Assembly (NCBI RefSeq): GCF_000002865.3
Contig: NW_001865044.1
Coordinates: forward strand, 1,211,628 to 1,275,627
Direction of reading: 5' to 3'
From: Monosiga brevicollis MX1
Taxonomy: Eukaryota
DNA: 64,000 bases
The notes under the pieces were generated by a model. It made no database searches. It was not told where the DNA came from and saw only the letters and a program-made list of their open reading frames with translations. How positions within the stretch are numbered: position 1 is the first letter of the stretch; each line of letters starts with the position of its first letter. Below, piece by piece: positions 26,643 to 45,510 of this stretch. Position numbers and translations under genes: made by a program.

Positions 26643-26839
26643 CTTGTTGCCGTTCGTGTGTGTGTGTGTGTGTGTGAGCGCGCTGGTTGTCAAGCAGTCG
26701 CCAGACACAATTGTCTGACAATACAATGTTGAGAACAGAAATTGTCAACATATCCTCTTGTCAGCATCAAAATCAAAGATAGAGAGTGACAGGAACAAAG
26801 ATAGAGAGGGAGGCACTTGGAAGTTTTGTTTCCTGGAAG

Positions 26840-27463
26840 ATGGCGGGTCGGGTGTCACATGGGGAGGCACAGGAGATGTTTGCGCTGCGGGTGGCGGCAG
26901 CGTATGGGCGTGCGGCACCAAATTTGGCGCGCAACGTGTTGTGCAATGTGCTGGAGCTGCCGACGGTGGGAGCTGGTGCCGGGAACTCGCTGAGTGAGAA
27001 GGCTGCGCACAGCCAGCGGGGAGGCCAGGCCCGAGGTTGGCAGCGGCAAACTTGTCTAAGCTGCGGGGCCATGGCCTGCGTCAACCCAACCCTCAGTATT
27101 GTGCGCGTGCGACGCAACAAGCGGGGCCAGCCGCACCTCACATGCCGCGTTTGCGGTGCCCTGTGGCATTCCTACGACCGTCACACCATGCAGGGCCTTC
27201 GTCGCACCAACGCCGCCAACGCCGCCAAGGCGCTGCAGGCTGCCGCGTCCCACCCTTCGACAACAAGGACCGTAGCCCCCTCCAAAACGACCCCCTCAGC
27301 TCAAGCTGGCTCATCAGTGACCGCCCCCGGTAAAAAGGACAAGCCAGGCAAAGCCAACAAAGCACGCAAACAACGCGCCAAGCTCAACAAGGCCCTCCAG
27401 CAAGCCGCAGGCCAAAGCAAAGGCGGCGGTGCCCTTCATGATTTTCTGGCCAACTTGAGTTGA
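26840..27463 (+). CDS. Rpr2/Rpp21/SNM1-family zinc-finger protein (RNase P/MRP subunit-like), intronless
   Basis: Two CxxC pairs (QTCLSCG ... LTCRVCG) with typical spacing, short helical N-term, Lys/Ala-rich tail ending LHDFLANLS*. Confidence 0.6.
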   Translation: MAGRVSHGEAQEMFALRVAAAYGRAAPNLARNVLCNVLELPTVGAGAGNSLSEKAAHSQRGGQARGWQRQTCLSCGAMACVNPTLSIVRVRRNKRGQPHLTCRVCGALWHSYDRHTMQGLRRTNAANAAKALQAAASHPSTTRTVAPSKTTPSAQAGSSVTAPGKKDKPGKANKARKQRAKLNKALQQAAGQSKGGGALHDFLANLS

Positions 27464-27647
27464 TCAAGGCCACTGCCACGACCTGATACAGTAAGGTGGC
27501 AGAGGGCCATCCTTCAGGCCTTGACTATTTTCTTTTGACGTCATGATAATCTTGTGGCTCTTTCTGCTTGTATCTCGATCGAGGCGCGCGCAGATTGAGT
27601 GTTCGATTTCTCTTGTGTGTTTTTGTTTTTCTCCATTTCTTCAAGTT

Positions 27648-30288
27648 TTACTTGGCCGTGAGCTTGGCTAGCAAGCCATCGACCTGATCCACTGAGTGGG
27701 TCGCAATCCGACGTTCGCTCTCGACATACTGCTTTGCCATCTGAGCCGCTGCCGAGTCACCGATCGCCTGTTGATATCCGCACGCCATGGGGAGGGACGC
27801 GGGAGGAAGAAAAAAAGATTGCGAGGCAACACACGCAAATCAGATCATCATCATCATCACATTCACACGCCTCAGCCCTCTGGACAAGGGCAAACAGGCC
27901 GGTGTTTGCTGGCCATGCGCGAGGGGCGAACACACCTCGGGATCGGCCGGAACAGCGTCTAGCAAAGTCGCGACCTTGCTGCGGATGAGTTGCAAGGCAC
28001 GAAACTCGTTGTTGCGGCTAACCATGCCACCTTCCATGGCGCCCAGGGTCTGGCATTTTTGAGGATTCCGCAAATGGTCCTCAACCTCCTCTGCACCAAT
28101 CATTGCCAGATTACAGACAAGACGCCCGGCATGCACACAACAAGGCAGGGCATACGCAAAGAAGAAGTCCGTGTAAGCAGAAACGCGGAAGATTGACACC
28201 GGGCTTCCAAGCGACTGGGCCCACCTTTACTCATGCTGGCCACTCGGGCAAAGGCCAACAATTGCGGGTCCAGTTGGTCATCGGTCGAGAGCACAAAGTC
28301 GCCCGCGCTGTTATGGGGCCGTGCCGAAGAGACAGCCCAAAGGACCACGACAAAGAAGACAAGGAATCAGGATAAAAAGCACGGCAGCAAGGCTTCAAGA
28401 CGATGGAAGCCCAAGGGCGCGCCACATACGGAGGTACGGTGAGATTGCGCAGTAGCAATGCCTTGATCTTGTACAGGCTGTCCGTCTCATCGAGAGCTGT
28501 GATTGGGCAAGGGCATGTACACGTGAGAGGGTGCCGACGAATGCCGCCACTCGAATGGCCTCGTGCAAAATGTGCGTTGGTCAGAACACGTACAAAAGGG
28601 TACGTTCACGTAATCGTTGGCATGGCCCGCAAAGAAAAAGCCCTGGTGCAGTAGAAACTGGCCATTGTTGCGGTCACCATACCACATGGTAATCTGGCTC
28701 CCGGGCTTGGCGGGCGCAGGGCACACAAACTCGAGACACTCGCGCTCAGAGTCAAACTGAGTCGACATCTAGTTCAAGGGCGAACGAGTGAGCTAACATC
28801 TTGCCACCGACGAAAACGATCATATCTATCCGGGCAAGAAACACAAGGCAAGAAAACAAGGAAAAAAATCGAGGGGCGGGAAGGAGAGCAGATACACGAG
28901 CTCTTGTCTGAACATACGGGGTGGTTTGCATGGTTGATCATGTCCCAAAGAGGAATCAGGGCCAAAGTTGGTTTCATTTGTCCATCACTGTTGGGCGAAC
29001 CGGCACTAGCGCGTGAGACCGGGGGCGCCTTGACTCCAAGCAAGTGCTGTGGGCGGTCCGAGCAACGTACGGTCCGGCTTGAGGAATCGAGTTTTGGCGA
29101 GTCATGACGGTGGCTACGGCCCAGCGCCAATCCTCAAACGTAAATGCTTCCGGTGAGAGCCCCAAGGTCTCAGGCACACCGGCCTCCTAGCATGGCGTAC
29201 CCAGGTATCAATGAGGCGATTGGTGAGTTTCATTCAAGCAACCAACGTTTGTGAATTTGTGCCCTCGGACGAGAGGAAAACAGGAGCAGCTCGGATTTGC
29301 ACGCACTGAGAGCTTGTTGTGGAGGTAGCCGTACTGGCGGCAGACGTGTTTGTAGAGGCGGATGGCTTCGACAAACAGGGACGAGCCTCGTAGAGACATG
29401 AGATCGGGCAAGTCCCAGTATAGTGGGACCGAATATGAGACGGGCAAGCAGGCAATGTAGGGGCGCCAGAAGGAGTCAAGATCGTGCAGCTCGAGGAGAA
29501 GGTGAAAGGCCAGGGTCACGTTGGGCATGAGCTTGAGCATGGTGTCACTATCCATGTAAGCCCCGAGGGTGGAGCGGCGAGCCGATTCTTCCGACAGCAT
29601 ACATGCCTCGGGTATCCGCAGCAGCGTTTCACCCGGGGCCGCCTCGGCCGTGGCCTTGAGTCCTTGACCCATGCCGTTGAAATGATCCACAGCCACCTAA
29701 TCACGCTCGGACCCGACACGGCACGCGTGCAAGGGATGGTGTCAGCCAGGATGTCACGCATCACAGGCTGGGGCAGCACCGGTGCACGGGTGGCTTTTTC
29801 ATCAAGTCAGGGTGATGCGAGGCTCCGCTTGTGCCACACCTTGTCAACGGTTGCTCCGCACTGCTTGAGCCAATCAACGAGTTCGTCATATTCCTCCTCG
29901 GCCGTGCGCTCTGGATGCACGGATAAGCCTACGCGCCCAGGGGCAAATTTCGGGAGGCAAGCGGCGAGCCAGCGACATGAACTATCCCACCTTTGTTGGC
30001 CCCACAGAAGCACATGCAATACGACTACAGACCTCGTTGAGCGCTGATGATTTGCTCAACAAACGTCCGCAGCTTGATGTGCTCTGCCAGCTCGTCTGCC
30101 TCGGAATCATGGGGCGAGGGCGGCAAGCTCGCCACTATGCCAACAGAACACCAAATGCCAGCAACAAGAAGGATTAGAGTCGGATCTCAAACGTAGCAGC
30201 CGGAAGACGGAAGACGCTGAGCAGCAGCGCGGTCTGTGTCGAGCATACCCTCCATCATGTTGCTGATGTGTTGGTTGACCAGAGCCAT
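27648..30288 (-). CDS. SETD3: SET-domain methyltransferase with Rubisco-LSMT substrate-binding domain, SETD3-like (actin-histidine N-methyltransferase)
   Basis: GQGLKAT, MPNVTLAFHLL, SFWRPYIACLP..YSVPLYW, WRWAVATVMTRQNSIP, LALIPLWDMINH, QITMWYGDRNNGQFLLHQGFF; last exon ends ...AKLTAK* at 27648. Confidence 0.88.
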
Positions 30289-31121
30289 CTTGGACGATCC
30301 ACGAAGACAAGGAAAATCTGCAGCCGAGCCCGTTTCCAATCAGCTGTAAACCACTCGCTTCAAGCAAATGCACTCTCCTGCCCCGATCCATGCCCGACCA
30401 CGCACCACCCGCAACCAACTACACATACCCGTTTGCTCTCTGCGAAAAAAAAAAAAATTAATTTCTCTCTCTCTCTCTTAACATGTTAAATTGGCGATTG
30501 GTCAAAGTTGTATTTTCCACAACAACTGTTGTCAACAATTGCGTTTCCAGAAGGTACGTGACTCTGTGTGCGTGTGCCAGTGGCAGCGGGGAGCGCTACC
30601 GGGATTCATAGCGTCGTGATGGCGGCGGGAAGAGGGTATAAAGGGTGGCTCTGGACTTGAATGCATTTTTGGGTTTCTCCGCCCCCCCTCTCTCTCTCTG
30701 TCTCTTTTTTTGGGGGGGTGGTGACTGCCGCTGCCTCGCTTGACCAAGCGTCGTGGGTTCAGTGGCAGCGTGGGATAGCTGAATCTTTGGGGGAGGGGAC
30801 GAGTTTTGGTGGCTCGACGACACAGTGCTTGCCAGGTTCTGGCTGCTTCTCGTACATGGGTCTGACTTGTGTTTTCTCAACAGTTGTGGTGACTGGGGTA
30901 TTTGTCGTGGCACAGGAAGGAGTTCGAGAAGCTTCCTGGGCTGCTGGGGGGCCACTCTGTGTGTGCGTGTGCGTGCGTGTGTGTGGGTGTGGATGGCATT
31001 TTTCTTTTCCTGTGTACCCACATCAAGTACAGCAACTGTTCCATGCTGACCTCTGCTCGGCTGCCTCTTGGGAACTGAACGGCTCGCAGTTTGAGTTTTT
31101 GCTTCAATTAGAACCGTCACC

Positions 31122-32911
31122 ATGGATTTGGATATGGACGACACCATGCCAGAACTCGAGACCACCCTGGCTGACGAGGGAGACATCTGCGGCGATGGCT
31201 CCATCCTCAAGGAGATTATTACCGCGGGTACTGGGTAAGTCGATGCTTTCAATGTTTGAACCACGTGACTCTTGTTCAAGGCTCAACGTACGATAGAGTC
31301 ACTTGTGCGCCTCTCACTTTCCTGCCCACTCGCCGGAAACAGCGACAAGCCCATGATGGGCTCAAAGGTATTTGTCCACTATGTTGGCACTCTTGAAAAC
31401 GGCGACAAGTTTGACTCTTCGCGCGATCGCGGCGACCTTTTTTCCTTTGAACTTGGAGCTGTGAGTATCGTTTTTTTTTTTTTGGGTCCTTTTTGTCCGT
31501 TTCAGCGTTCTGCTTCAGCGCGGTGTTCGATTTGCATGCTCGAAGCGCTTGTTGAGACATGGCTGATTGGATGCATTCCCCTTGCATGTGGCACCTTTGT
31601 GTAGGGCCGCGTGATCAAGGGCTGGGATGAAGGTGTTTCGACGATGCGCGTCGGTGAAAAGTCCAAGTTTACCATCAAGTCGCACAAGGCCTACGGCGAT
31701 GCCGGCTCACCCCCCAAGATTCCCGGCGGCGCAACTCTGGTGTTTGAGATTGAGCTCTTCCGCTGGTCCAATGAGGAGGACGTGAGCACGCAAAAGGATG
31801 GCTCCTTGCTCAAGGCTATCTTGAGCCGTGGCGAGGGCTACAAGACCATCAAGGAACTCACCAACGTCACATTTTCGTACACTGTCACCCTGAAGGATGG
31901 CGATAAGGTGGGATTGGCATTGTGGGGGTGGAAGTGCAGCTCAATTTTTGAGACCTCGGCCTCGCTGGCCTCTCTGGCCTCTCTGGTTCATCCGTGCCGC
32001 CCTCGCAGATGTTGACGTTCGTCTCACGATACACGTTGTGTGCTCGAATCCCTTCCCTGCATTGGTGTGCGCGAATTGTGACCACAGGAGGTGATCCAGG
32101 TGCCCGAGGCCAACCCCAAGACATATGTGGTAGATGACGAGGATTTGCCTTTCCCCGGCCTAGAGGCAGCCCTCAAGACCATGAAGGACAAGGAAACGGC
32201 CAAGTTTACAATTGCGCCCGAGCACGCCTTTGGCAGCGAGGGCAGCACAGAACATCAGGTGCCGGCCAACGCAACCCTTGTGGCCGTGATCAAGGTGCAC
32301 CAGGTGGAGTTTGCCAAGGAGACCTGGGATCTTTCCAGCGAGGAGAAGGTTGCCGCTGCCGAAACCCTGCGAACGGCCGGCAACAACTTTTTCAAGGCAG
32401 GCGATTTTGCGCGTGCTCTCCGCCGTTACACCAAGGCCGTCGACCATTTGAAATCGGACCACGACTTTACCGAGGAGCTCAAGGCGGAGGCCAAGCAGAA
32501 GCGTGTCGCCTGCTACTCCAACATGGCGCAGTGCGCCCTTAAGACAAAGGAGTTTACCAAGGCTCGTGAGCATGCCGATGCGGCGCTGGAGCTCGACCCT
32601 CAAAATGTCAAGGTGAGGCGGCAGTTGGCTGTTAATGTGGCGCCCCGGCCGTGGTTGAAAGTTGAAGGATTATGTGTGCTGCTTGATCAGTGGGTAATTC
32701 TAACGCGTTTTGTCCTTGGTAGGCGTTGTATCGTCGGGCCATGGCTCTGCATGAGATGTCCGAGTGGGATCAGGCTGCGGCGGATTGCCAACAAATCCAG
32801 ACTTTGGACAAGGACAATACTAGCGCAGCCGCCCTCTTGAAGAAGGTTAAGGCCAAGCAGCATGCCTACAATCAGAAGCAGAAGGCCTTGTTCAAGGGAC
32901 TCTTCAAGTAA
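31122..32911 (+). CDS. FKBP-type peptidyl-prolyl isomerase with two FKBP domains and TPR repeats (FKBP4/5-like Hsp90 co-chaperone)
   Basis: VFVHYVGTLENGDKFDSSRDRG, VIKGWDEGVSTMRVGE, AYGDAGSPPKIPGGATLVFEIEL; second FKBP (FPGLEAALKTM...HAFG); TPR (GNNFFK...RRYTKA, CYSNMAQC, LELDPQNVKALYRR). Confidence 0.95.
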
Positions 32912-33314
32912 AATGTTGATCCTACAATGGTCGGATTGAGTTGATGAATCGAACAAAACCAACCTATGACTATGTATCGGCTCTCTGGGCAAGCAATCGA
33001 CGAGAAGCAGGATTGGGTATAAAAAGAAAAGAATCGAGAAGGCTACCGAGCTTGTCGAGTTGTAATCCCATTTCCACTGTCTTGAAGCGCCAAGACGTCG
33101 CCCAAGTCCGGACCAGCAGTTGGCTGCAGCGCACCTGGAAGCGCCTGCTTCGTCCACTCCCTTGAAACCTTGAAAGGTTCAACTCGCTCTCTCAAGTTGT
33201 ATACGTAAAACATAGCATTCTTGCTGAATTTTATAAGGCCACAACGTTACTTAATGCAGATAAATGGCATGTTTGTGTCGGTACGGTAGGATGACTTGTC
33301 ATACGAACATGACA

Positions 33315-33316
<2 letters not shown>

Positions 33317-33357
<41 letters not shown>

Positions 33358-33380
33358 ACTCCTCCTCCTCCTCCTCCTCC
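33317..33380. repeat. (GT)n plus (CCT)n microsatellite upstream of receptor PTP
   Basis: Directly visible. Confidence 0.95.
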
Positions 33381-33502
33381 CTTTCCGTGACGCCTTGTGG
33401 TGGTGCTTGTCATGCACTTTGCAACGCCACCCGCGCTCGACTCTGGGGAGGTGCTGCTCGTGCTGTTGGGTGGCGAGAGTAGACCAACGAGACGCCCTCG
33501 GG

Positions 33503-39418
<5,916 letters not shown>

Positions 39419-39653
39419 GGTTTGACTGGCTCGTGGTCCATGACTCGGTATGAATAATTGAAATGTGTAGTTCGCGATGGGTCAAGGACTGTGACATCGC
39501 GTTGGCGCTGTTGAGTAGGTCGGGAGTGCGCATGCGACGCGATGCGCTCATCAGATCATTCGTGTCAGTAAATTAACATGTCAAGAGCCAGTTGGGTGGA
39601 AAGGGTGGGATGTGAGTCGCTGCAACTCGGCGCAGTAGGACGCATGGGTATTG

Positions 39654-41856
39654 TCAACTCAGGTGATCGGAGAGCAATCGGTTCATCTCGAACATGTCAA
39701 TCTTGTTCTGCGCATGGCACGGCCAGTGTTGTGTGAGCTCCAAGCCGAGTGATGCAGATGAAGCCAGGGGGCATGTCAAGGAGAAGCGTCGGCAAGAATC
39801 GAACGAGATAAATAAAAAAAAAAAGCACAGAAAAGAAAAGAAACATGAAATCATGTCCAACAAGCCGAAAGACGCGGATGGGTGCGATACCTTTTTGAAA
39901 ACGGCACGGAGTGCTTCGTCGCAGAGAATCTCACGCTTTTTGTCGGGGTTTTGAAGATTGTGGCCACGAATATAGGTCCACAGCTTGGACACGACCTATG
40001 GTGCCCAACGAGTGACCATCAAGAGGATGAAACCCGAAAGGATGCCAAGCTCACAAGCTGATGGAGAGCATCGCAGCAGGTACCTGTGGTCGAGTCTCTT
40101 CAGCGCAGCCCACCACGACGGCCAAGACACTGGAAAGTTGCTTGAGGCGACCATCCTTTTTGGGAGCCTTTTTGGTGGTTTTTTTCTGCTCGGTGGCAGA
40201 TTTTGACGAATTAGACGCGACTGTTTTGGCGCGTTTCTTGGACGGTACGGCAGGCTTGTCGTGCTGCGTGGGATGGCATGGAGATGATCAGAGTGAGGGA
40301 AGTGAGGGACAGGAGAGAACAGCAAGATTTCAGCGCACTTTGATGCGCAAGGCAAAGGTTTACAGCGCTGGCAGGCGGGAGGCAATGCAGGACTCACCTC
40401 ATCGTCGTCGTCGTCGTCCGAGTCGTGGACCATTTGCCGAACGGCAAGGGGCTCTGGCTTATAGTATTTTTTCATGTTTGCAGAGAGAGCCTTTTGCAGG
40501 CTCTTGAAGGTCAGCGTCTTTCGACCCAAGGCTGAACTAAGATTCTCATCTAAGCTGTACGTGCCCTGTCGAGGGTGCGCACATCAATCGATAGGGGGAG
40601 GGTGGGCGAAAGTAGGCCCAGAGAGCAGCCAGAGCACGAATGAGGCGCGACCCTTCTCCATTGCCAAGTACGCCGTATGGAATCCGGTAAAGCGGGCGCA
40701 GATGCGCGTGGCCGCCGCACGCACCTTGGTGGCTGGCAATTCCTTCTCCTTGACGTACGCCCAGATTTGACGCGTCACCTAAACTCGGGGAGGGAGGGCG
40801 TTGAGCATGCCAGTGAGCGCACGACTAGAGATGGAGCCAAGAATTAGGCAGAAAGGTGGGGTATCCGGGATAATGGCAATGCATACATCAGCGCGAGTTG
40901 CGGTAGGTCGACCCATGAATTTTGCCAGGCCCTCCGAGAGTTCGTGCTCATAGTTGTACGCCGTTTTGCCTGGCAGGATTGAGGTCCGGCCAAAGACAAT
41001 GGGATATTAGATCAAGACAGACATGGTGAAAGGCGTGGATGGGTTGGGGCGAGGTCTTCATGTCAAAATTGGACGTGCGAACCTGCGTTGCGACGATCCA
41101 AGTCGGACATTTCGCCAACAGACCAGGCCGAGTTGCCGGTCAGATCGGCGGGGTCAACGGCACTCTTGGTGCGGTTCGAGGCTTGACTGTGACTGGTCGT
41201 AGCCTTGGGCTTGGTCTTGCGGGGGGATGCGGAGGCTGATGGACGCTCCGGTACCTACGTGGAAGCGATTGGAAGGGGTCGAGGTGTCTCGTGTGAGGTT
41301 CGGAGGAGACGCGTTGTAGCCAAAGCAGATGGAACAGCCCTGCAATGCGCACCGATTTGCGCTTGAGAGGGGCGGGCATGTCATCTTCAAGATCACTGTC
41401 CGAGATTTCGTCTGGGTTGACGTATTTACTACCGGTGACGTTGGCGCCCGGCACATAGGCGCGAACGGTGAGATCTAGCTCATGCTCAGGGTCATCGTCG
41501 GACAAGGCCTCCTGTTCCAGCTTTGGTTTGGCCGCGGGCAGCTTGTCCTTGCTGGCTGGGCTGGCTTTGGTGGTGGTAGGGGCTGGGAGCGTTGTCGGCT
41601 CTGCTTTGATCGGGGCGGCCGATGCAACTGGTGGCTCAGCTCCGGCTGTGGCCTCAGGGGGTAGTTGTTGGATAAAATCCGCCACGACCTGACTGATGAG
41701 GTCCTTGCGGGGCTTGAGGTTGATGCCACCCAAGGCAGCCTCGACCTCACGGCGAATGTCCTTGCGACTCGTGGTCTGCAGCGTGCGGCCTGGTTTGCGC
41801 AGAGCCTCGAGCACGGCTGCACGAACCACGTCGTCCGAGGGCATCTCCTTCTCCAT
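39654..41856 (-). CDS. DEK_C + two SWIB/MDM2 domain protein (UAF30/Spp27-like)
   Basis: N-term DEK_C-like LQTTSRKDIRREVEAALGGINLKPRKDLI. SWIB1 LSEGLAKFMG...VTRQIWAYVKEKEL. SWIB2 LSSVLAVVVG...RPQVVSKLWTYIRGHNLQNPDKKREILCDEALRAVF...IDMFEMNRLLSDHL*. Confidence 0.9.
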
Positions 41857-41969
41857 GGTCGAGCTGTGATCCGCTGGCTGTGCAGAGGACTTTCTACCTA
41901 TGTCAGCGACTGGAATCAATATGGGCGGTACGCACAGCCACTCGTACAGCAGGAGGGTTGAGGCGAGTG

Positions 41970-42230
41970 AGGAGGGTAGGAAGTAGAGAGGAAGTCGAGG
42001 GAGGTAGAGGGGAAGTAGAGAGGAAGTGGAGAGGGTAGAGAGGAGGTGGCGGTCGAGGGAAGTAGAGAGGAGGTATAGGGGAGGTAGAGGAGGTCGAGGG
42101 AAGTAGAGAGGAGGTAGAGGAGGTCGAGGAGGTCGAGGGTAGTAGAGGGGAAGTAGAGGAGGTCGAGGAGGTCGAGGGTAGTAGAGGGGAAGTAGAGGGG
42201 AGGTAGAGAGGAGGTGGCGGTCGAGAGGGA
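41970..42230. repeat. Degenerate purine-rich tandem repeat (units of about 9-11 nt, GAGGTAGAGG/GAAGTAGAGG/GAGGTCGAGG)
   Basis: Directly visible; one strand almost entirely A/G. Confidence 0.9.
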
Positions 42231-43555
42231 GCGCGCTGGCTCAGTGGGCGTTTAGGATGGAAAGAGGTATAAAGTATTTTATTTTGTTTGTTTCAGGCGA
42301 TGGTGGTGCTCAAGGTGGGTACGGTCACCTAAAATACTTACTGCCCGGACAAAGGATCAAGTATTTTACTAATAAATTTACAGGTTAAGAGACCATCAAA
42401 CACGGTGTAGAATCGAAAAATACTTTTTTCTCCACCAATGGTCATTAGTATTTTACTTCTGAATTTCAGTACGCGAAGTCAGTGAAAAGTGGTACTTCCG
42501 CGGACAGGCAAGCGGACACGTGTCCAACGTGTGTCGCATATCAGTCACCCAATTGCGTGCATGTATGCATTTGGAGGACGTGGGCGCGGACGGAGTATGT
42601 CAAGCATCTGCGGGCCGCAAAGTCCTTGGCTCGCCCTTCCTGTCGCCATCGTTTGGAAGTGGGCGGCGAGCTCGTCATATTTGAGCAAAGACACGCGTCC
42701 GCTGAAACGTCCATTCCGCCCTACGGTGTGCTGTGCTGAAGTACCACACGGTCCACTGCTCTCGGCGTTTCAGAAAAAAACCACGCTTCCCTTGTCAAAG
42801 GGCTGCCTGCTTCACCGCCCGTGACAGGCTGACAGCACCAAGCTCTGCCAGCCACCTTGCTCGAGTCTGTCCCCATTCTCCCAACGCACCCCACCGCCGT
42901 CCAGCCCACAGAGTCGAGGCTCGGGAGGGCAATGAGCCCAAGCCGACGGCATTTTCTATCCGAACCAAGCCCGCTCACCCATCCTCACGCGCGCTCGCCC
43001 GTGTCGATGACATCAAACTCACACACCTCTCAGCACCCCATGGCGACTGCAATCAGGGGGATCATCTGAAAGACTTTTGTCTCCTCCTTGCCCGCTGCCG
43101 CGCCTGCGCATACCACCCTACATACATACATACACTCTTGCCTGTTCTTTGCCGCCCGTCTTGCTTGCTTCTCGCCCTGGCACTTCTCCATCTCCTTCTC
43201 GCTCTCACCCTCTCTCGTGTAGTCTCCCCACTTCCCCCATCTCCATTTCTTGTCACACTTTAAACGCGGCCGGCCAGTTTGCCATTTCCTCTTGAGCCAC
43301 CTCTTTTCCACAAGAGTGCGGCCACCGCCGCCATCGACTCGAGGATTTTAGGTAGCCGGCTGCAGGGCCTGTCCAGGAGGATCCCCACCCCCAACGAGCG
43401 TGGCACATCCATTTCGCTGTTGTTGTTGTTGTTGGTGTTGTTGTTTTTGCTGACTTGACTGTGCTTCTGGCTGGCAGCCACGTTGACTCGACTTACCCAT
43501 TCATTTGGGACTGTTTGCGTCTAAACGCTGCCTTATCCCCCCCCTGTCATTCGAC

Positions 43556-45510
43556 ATGGACGCCCAACAGACGGGCCCCACACACGGCACCTTGCCCCCA
43601 CCCTTGACTGGGCCCCGTGTAACCGAGACGTCACAGCGCCATGCTTGCGATCACGGCTTACCCAGCCCAGACCGACTGCCTCTGCCCATCTCGACGCAGG
43701 ACGCCCGCTTTGCGCGAAAGGTTGGGACAATGGATATCATAGAAGACTATGGCAGCACCATTCGGACCACTCCGCTGGCCACGCGTAGTCTACAGTCCCT
43801 GCCCACGGGTCACTCCAGTTCCACCTGGCACCCCCGTGCAGCCAGTGCCAGCCTACATAGCCATTCTCAGCAACAGCATCACTCACCTCCAACCACAGCA
43901 AGCGCTTACAGTGAGCCCACGTTCCTCAAACTCTCGCCACTCATGCCCCTGGGCACCTCGGCACCTCCCTTCATCTCTGGGAGCAGCGACACTGCATCGT
44001 CGGGAAGCTCTCGTCACATCATGCGTCGTAGCTCCTCCGCGTCTTTGGGTGGCCTCAATGGTCTTATGGGCGGCCTGGCCGTCACTCATCACAGCGAGAG
44101 CACCGGTGATCTACGCGCCCCTTCCCCCACCAATCCCATGCGTCTTCAGCGCGCAGCCAGCGGCACCATCTCTGCTCCGGCTCGCCGCACCAGCTGGGTG
44201 CGCCAAGCTGGCGCCTCCCCCGACTGCCTGGAAGAGCTCTTCGCCGCGGCCAGTCACAACAAACCGGCCCCTCCCCACAGCACAGGGTCCACATCCCCTC
44301 AGGCCGCTCGCAATTTAACGCGCCACGCCTCTCTTCTGAACATGTCCCGTCCCTCCCTCTACTCCCCTCTCATGCAGCCACGCAGCACCGAGGACCTCTA
44401 CGGCGGCAACACCGGCGCGCGCAACCTCGATCTGCTCAGTGGCTCCACGGGGCCCGCCCCGCCTTTGCATGCCCGAGGCAAGCGACGCAGCTCACTATCC
44501 CTATCCGGTGCCCTCGGCGTTGCCCAGGCCAACGGGTACGGAAGCGAGCAGTTTGCCTCTAATCATAGCACCCCTCACCCCGACGGCTACAGCACCTTTG
44601 GCGCTGCTTTTGAGCTTCCCAATCTGGACAATTTTACATACGACCAAAGCAGCAGCATTGGAGCCGGGGCGGCGGGGTCCACCTCTGGAGCTAGCACACA
44701 CAGCCCCCGCCGCCAACAGTCATCATCCAGCATGAACATGAGCCCCGTGCAGCCCCGCATGCAAGATCCCCATTCAGTTTCTCCACCACCCGCCCACGTG
44801 GCTGTAGCGCCCTCCATGATTTCGCCCTTTGACCAGCCACCCTCGCCCCCTTCAGCCGCGTCCAGCACCCTGGGCTCTCGCCGTGGTTCCCTCGTAACCA
44901 TGGCCGTTCCTCGCCGCCGTGCATCGTTGGACAGCGTCCCGGAATTTGGCTATGGGGCGCCCTCGCCCCCAGATAACATGGGTGACATCCTGGAAATTGC
45001 TGAAGAACTCGAGGTACGTCAGGAACGCAAGACTCAATGTGTCTTTGATAATGTTGTTCTGCATCAGATCCGCCTGTCTCATCTCTTGTGCATGATTCGC
45101 TGCTACGCTGTGGGCTTGGATATCTTTCTTTACAGGGGCGAACGAGCCAGCGCAAGCGCCACCGGCCCAGCCAAGACTTGACAGAGCTGATGGCTCACGC
45201 CAACCTGCAGTCGACACTGAATGAATTGGCCGACGACGGCGCCGCCATGAGTCTGCTTGAAGCGCACGCCCAGGACCTGGATGCGTGCTTGGCCGCCAAC
45301 CTGCCTGACTCGCAGCCTGCACCAGATTACCTTCTGACACGCACCCACAGCGTGACCATGGACGCCGCGCTGTCCGGACATCCTATGGCAGCCAGTCAGC
45401 ATCATTCACAGCACCAACATCCAACTCAAACCGATCACAAGGGCTATGACCCACTTTTTGCGTTTGGCGACATGGACGACTTTTTGGACATGATCGATAC
45501 GCACGTCTAG
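43556..45510 (+). CDS. Ser/Pro/Ala-rich, probably disordered hypothetical protein (2 exons)
   Basis: Long open frame from ATG 43556 to a phase-0 intron (GAG|GTACGT ... TTACAG|GGG) and a second exon ending ...DDFLDMIDTHV*. No folded domain recognised. Confidence 0.7.

Noticed and set aside
41970..42230. G-rich repeat as telomeric sequence
   Set aside because: No TTAGGG-type unit; internal position; degenerate variable units
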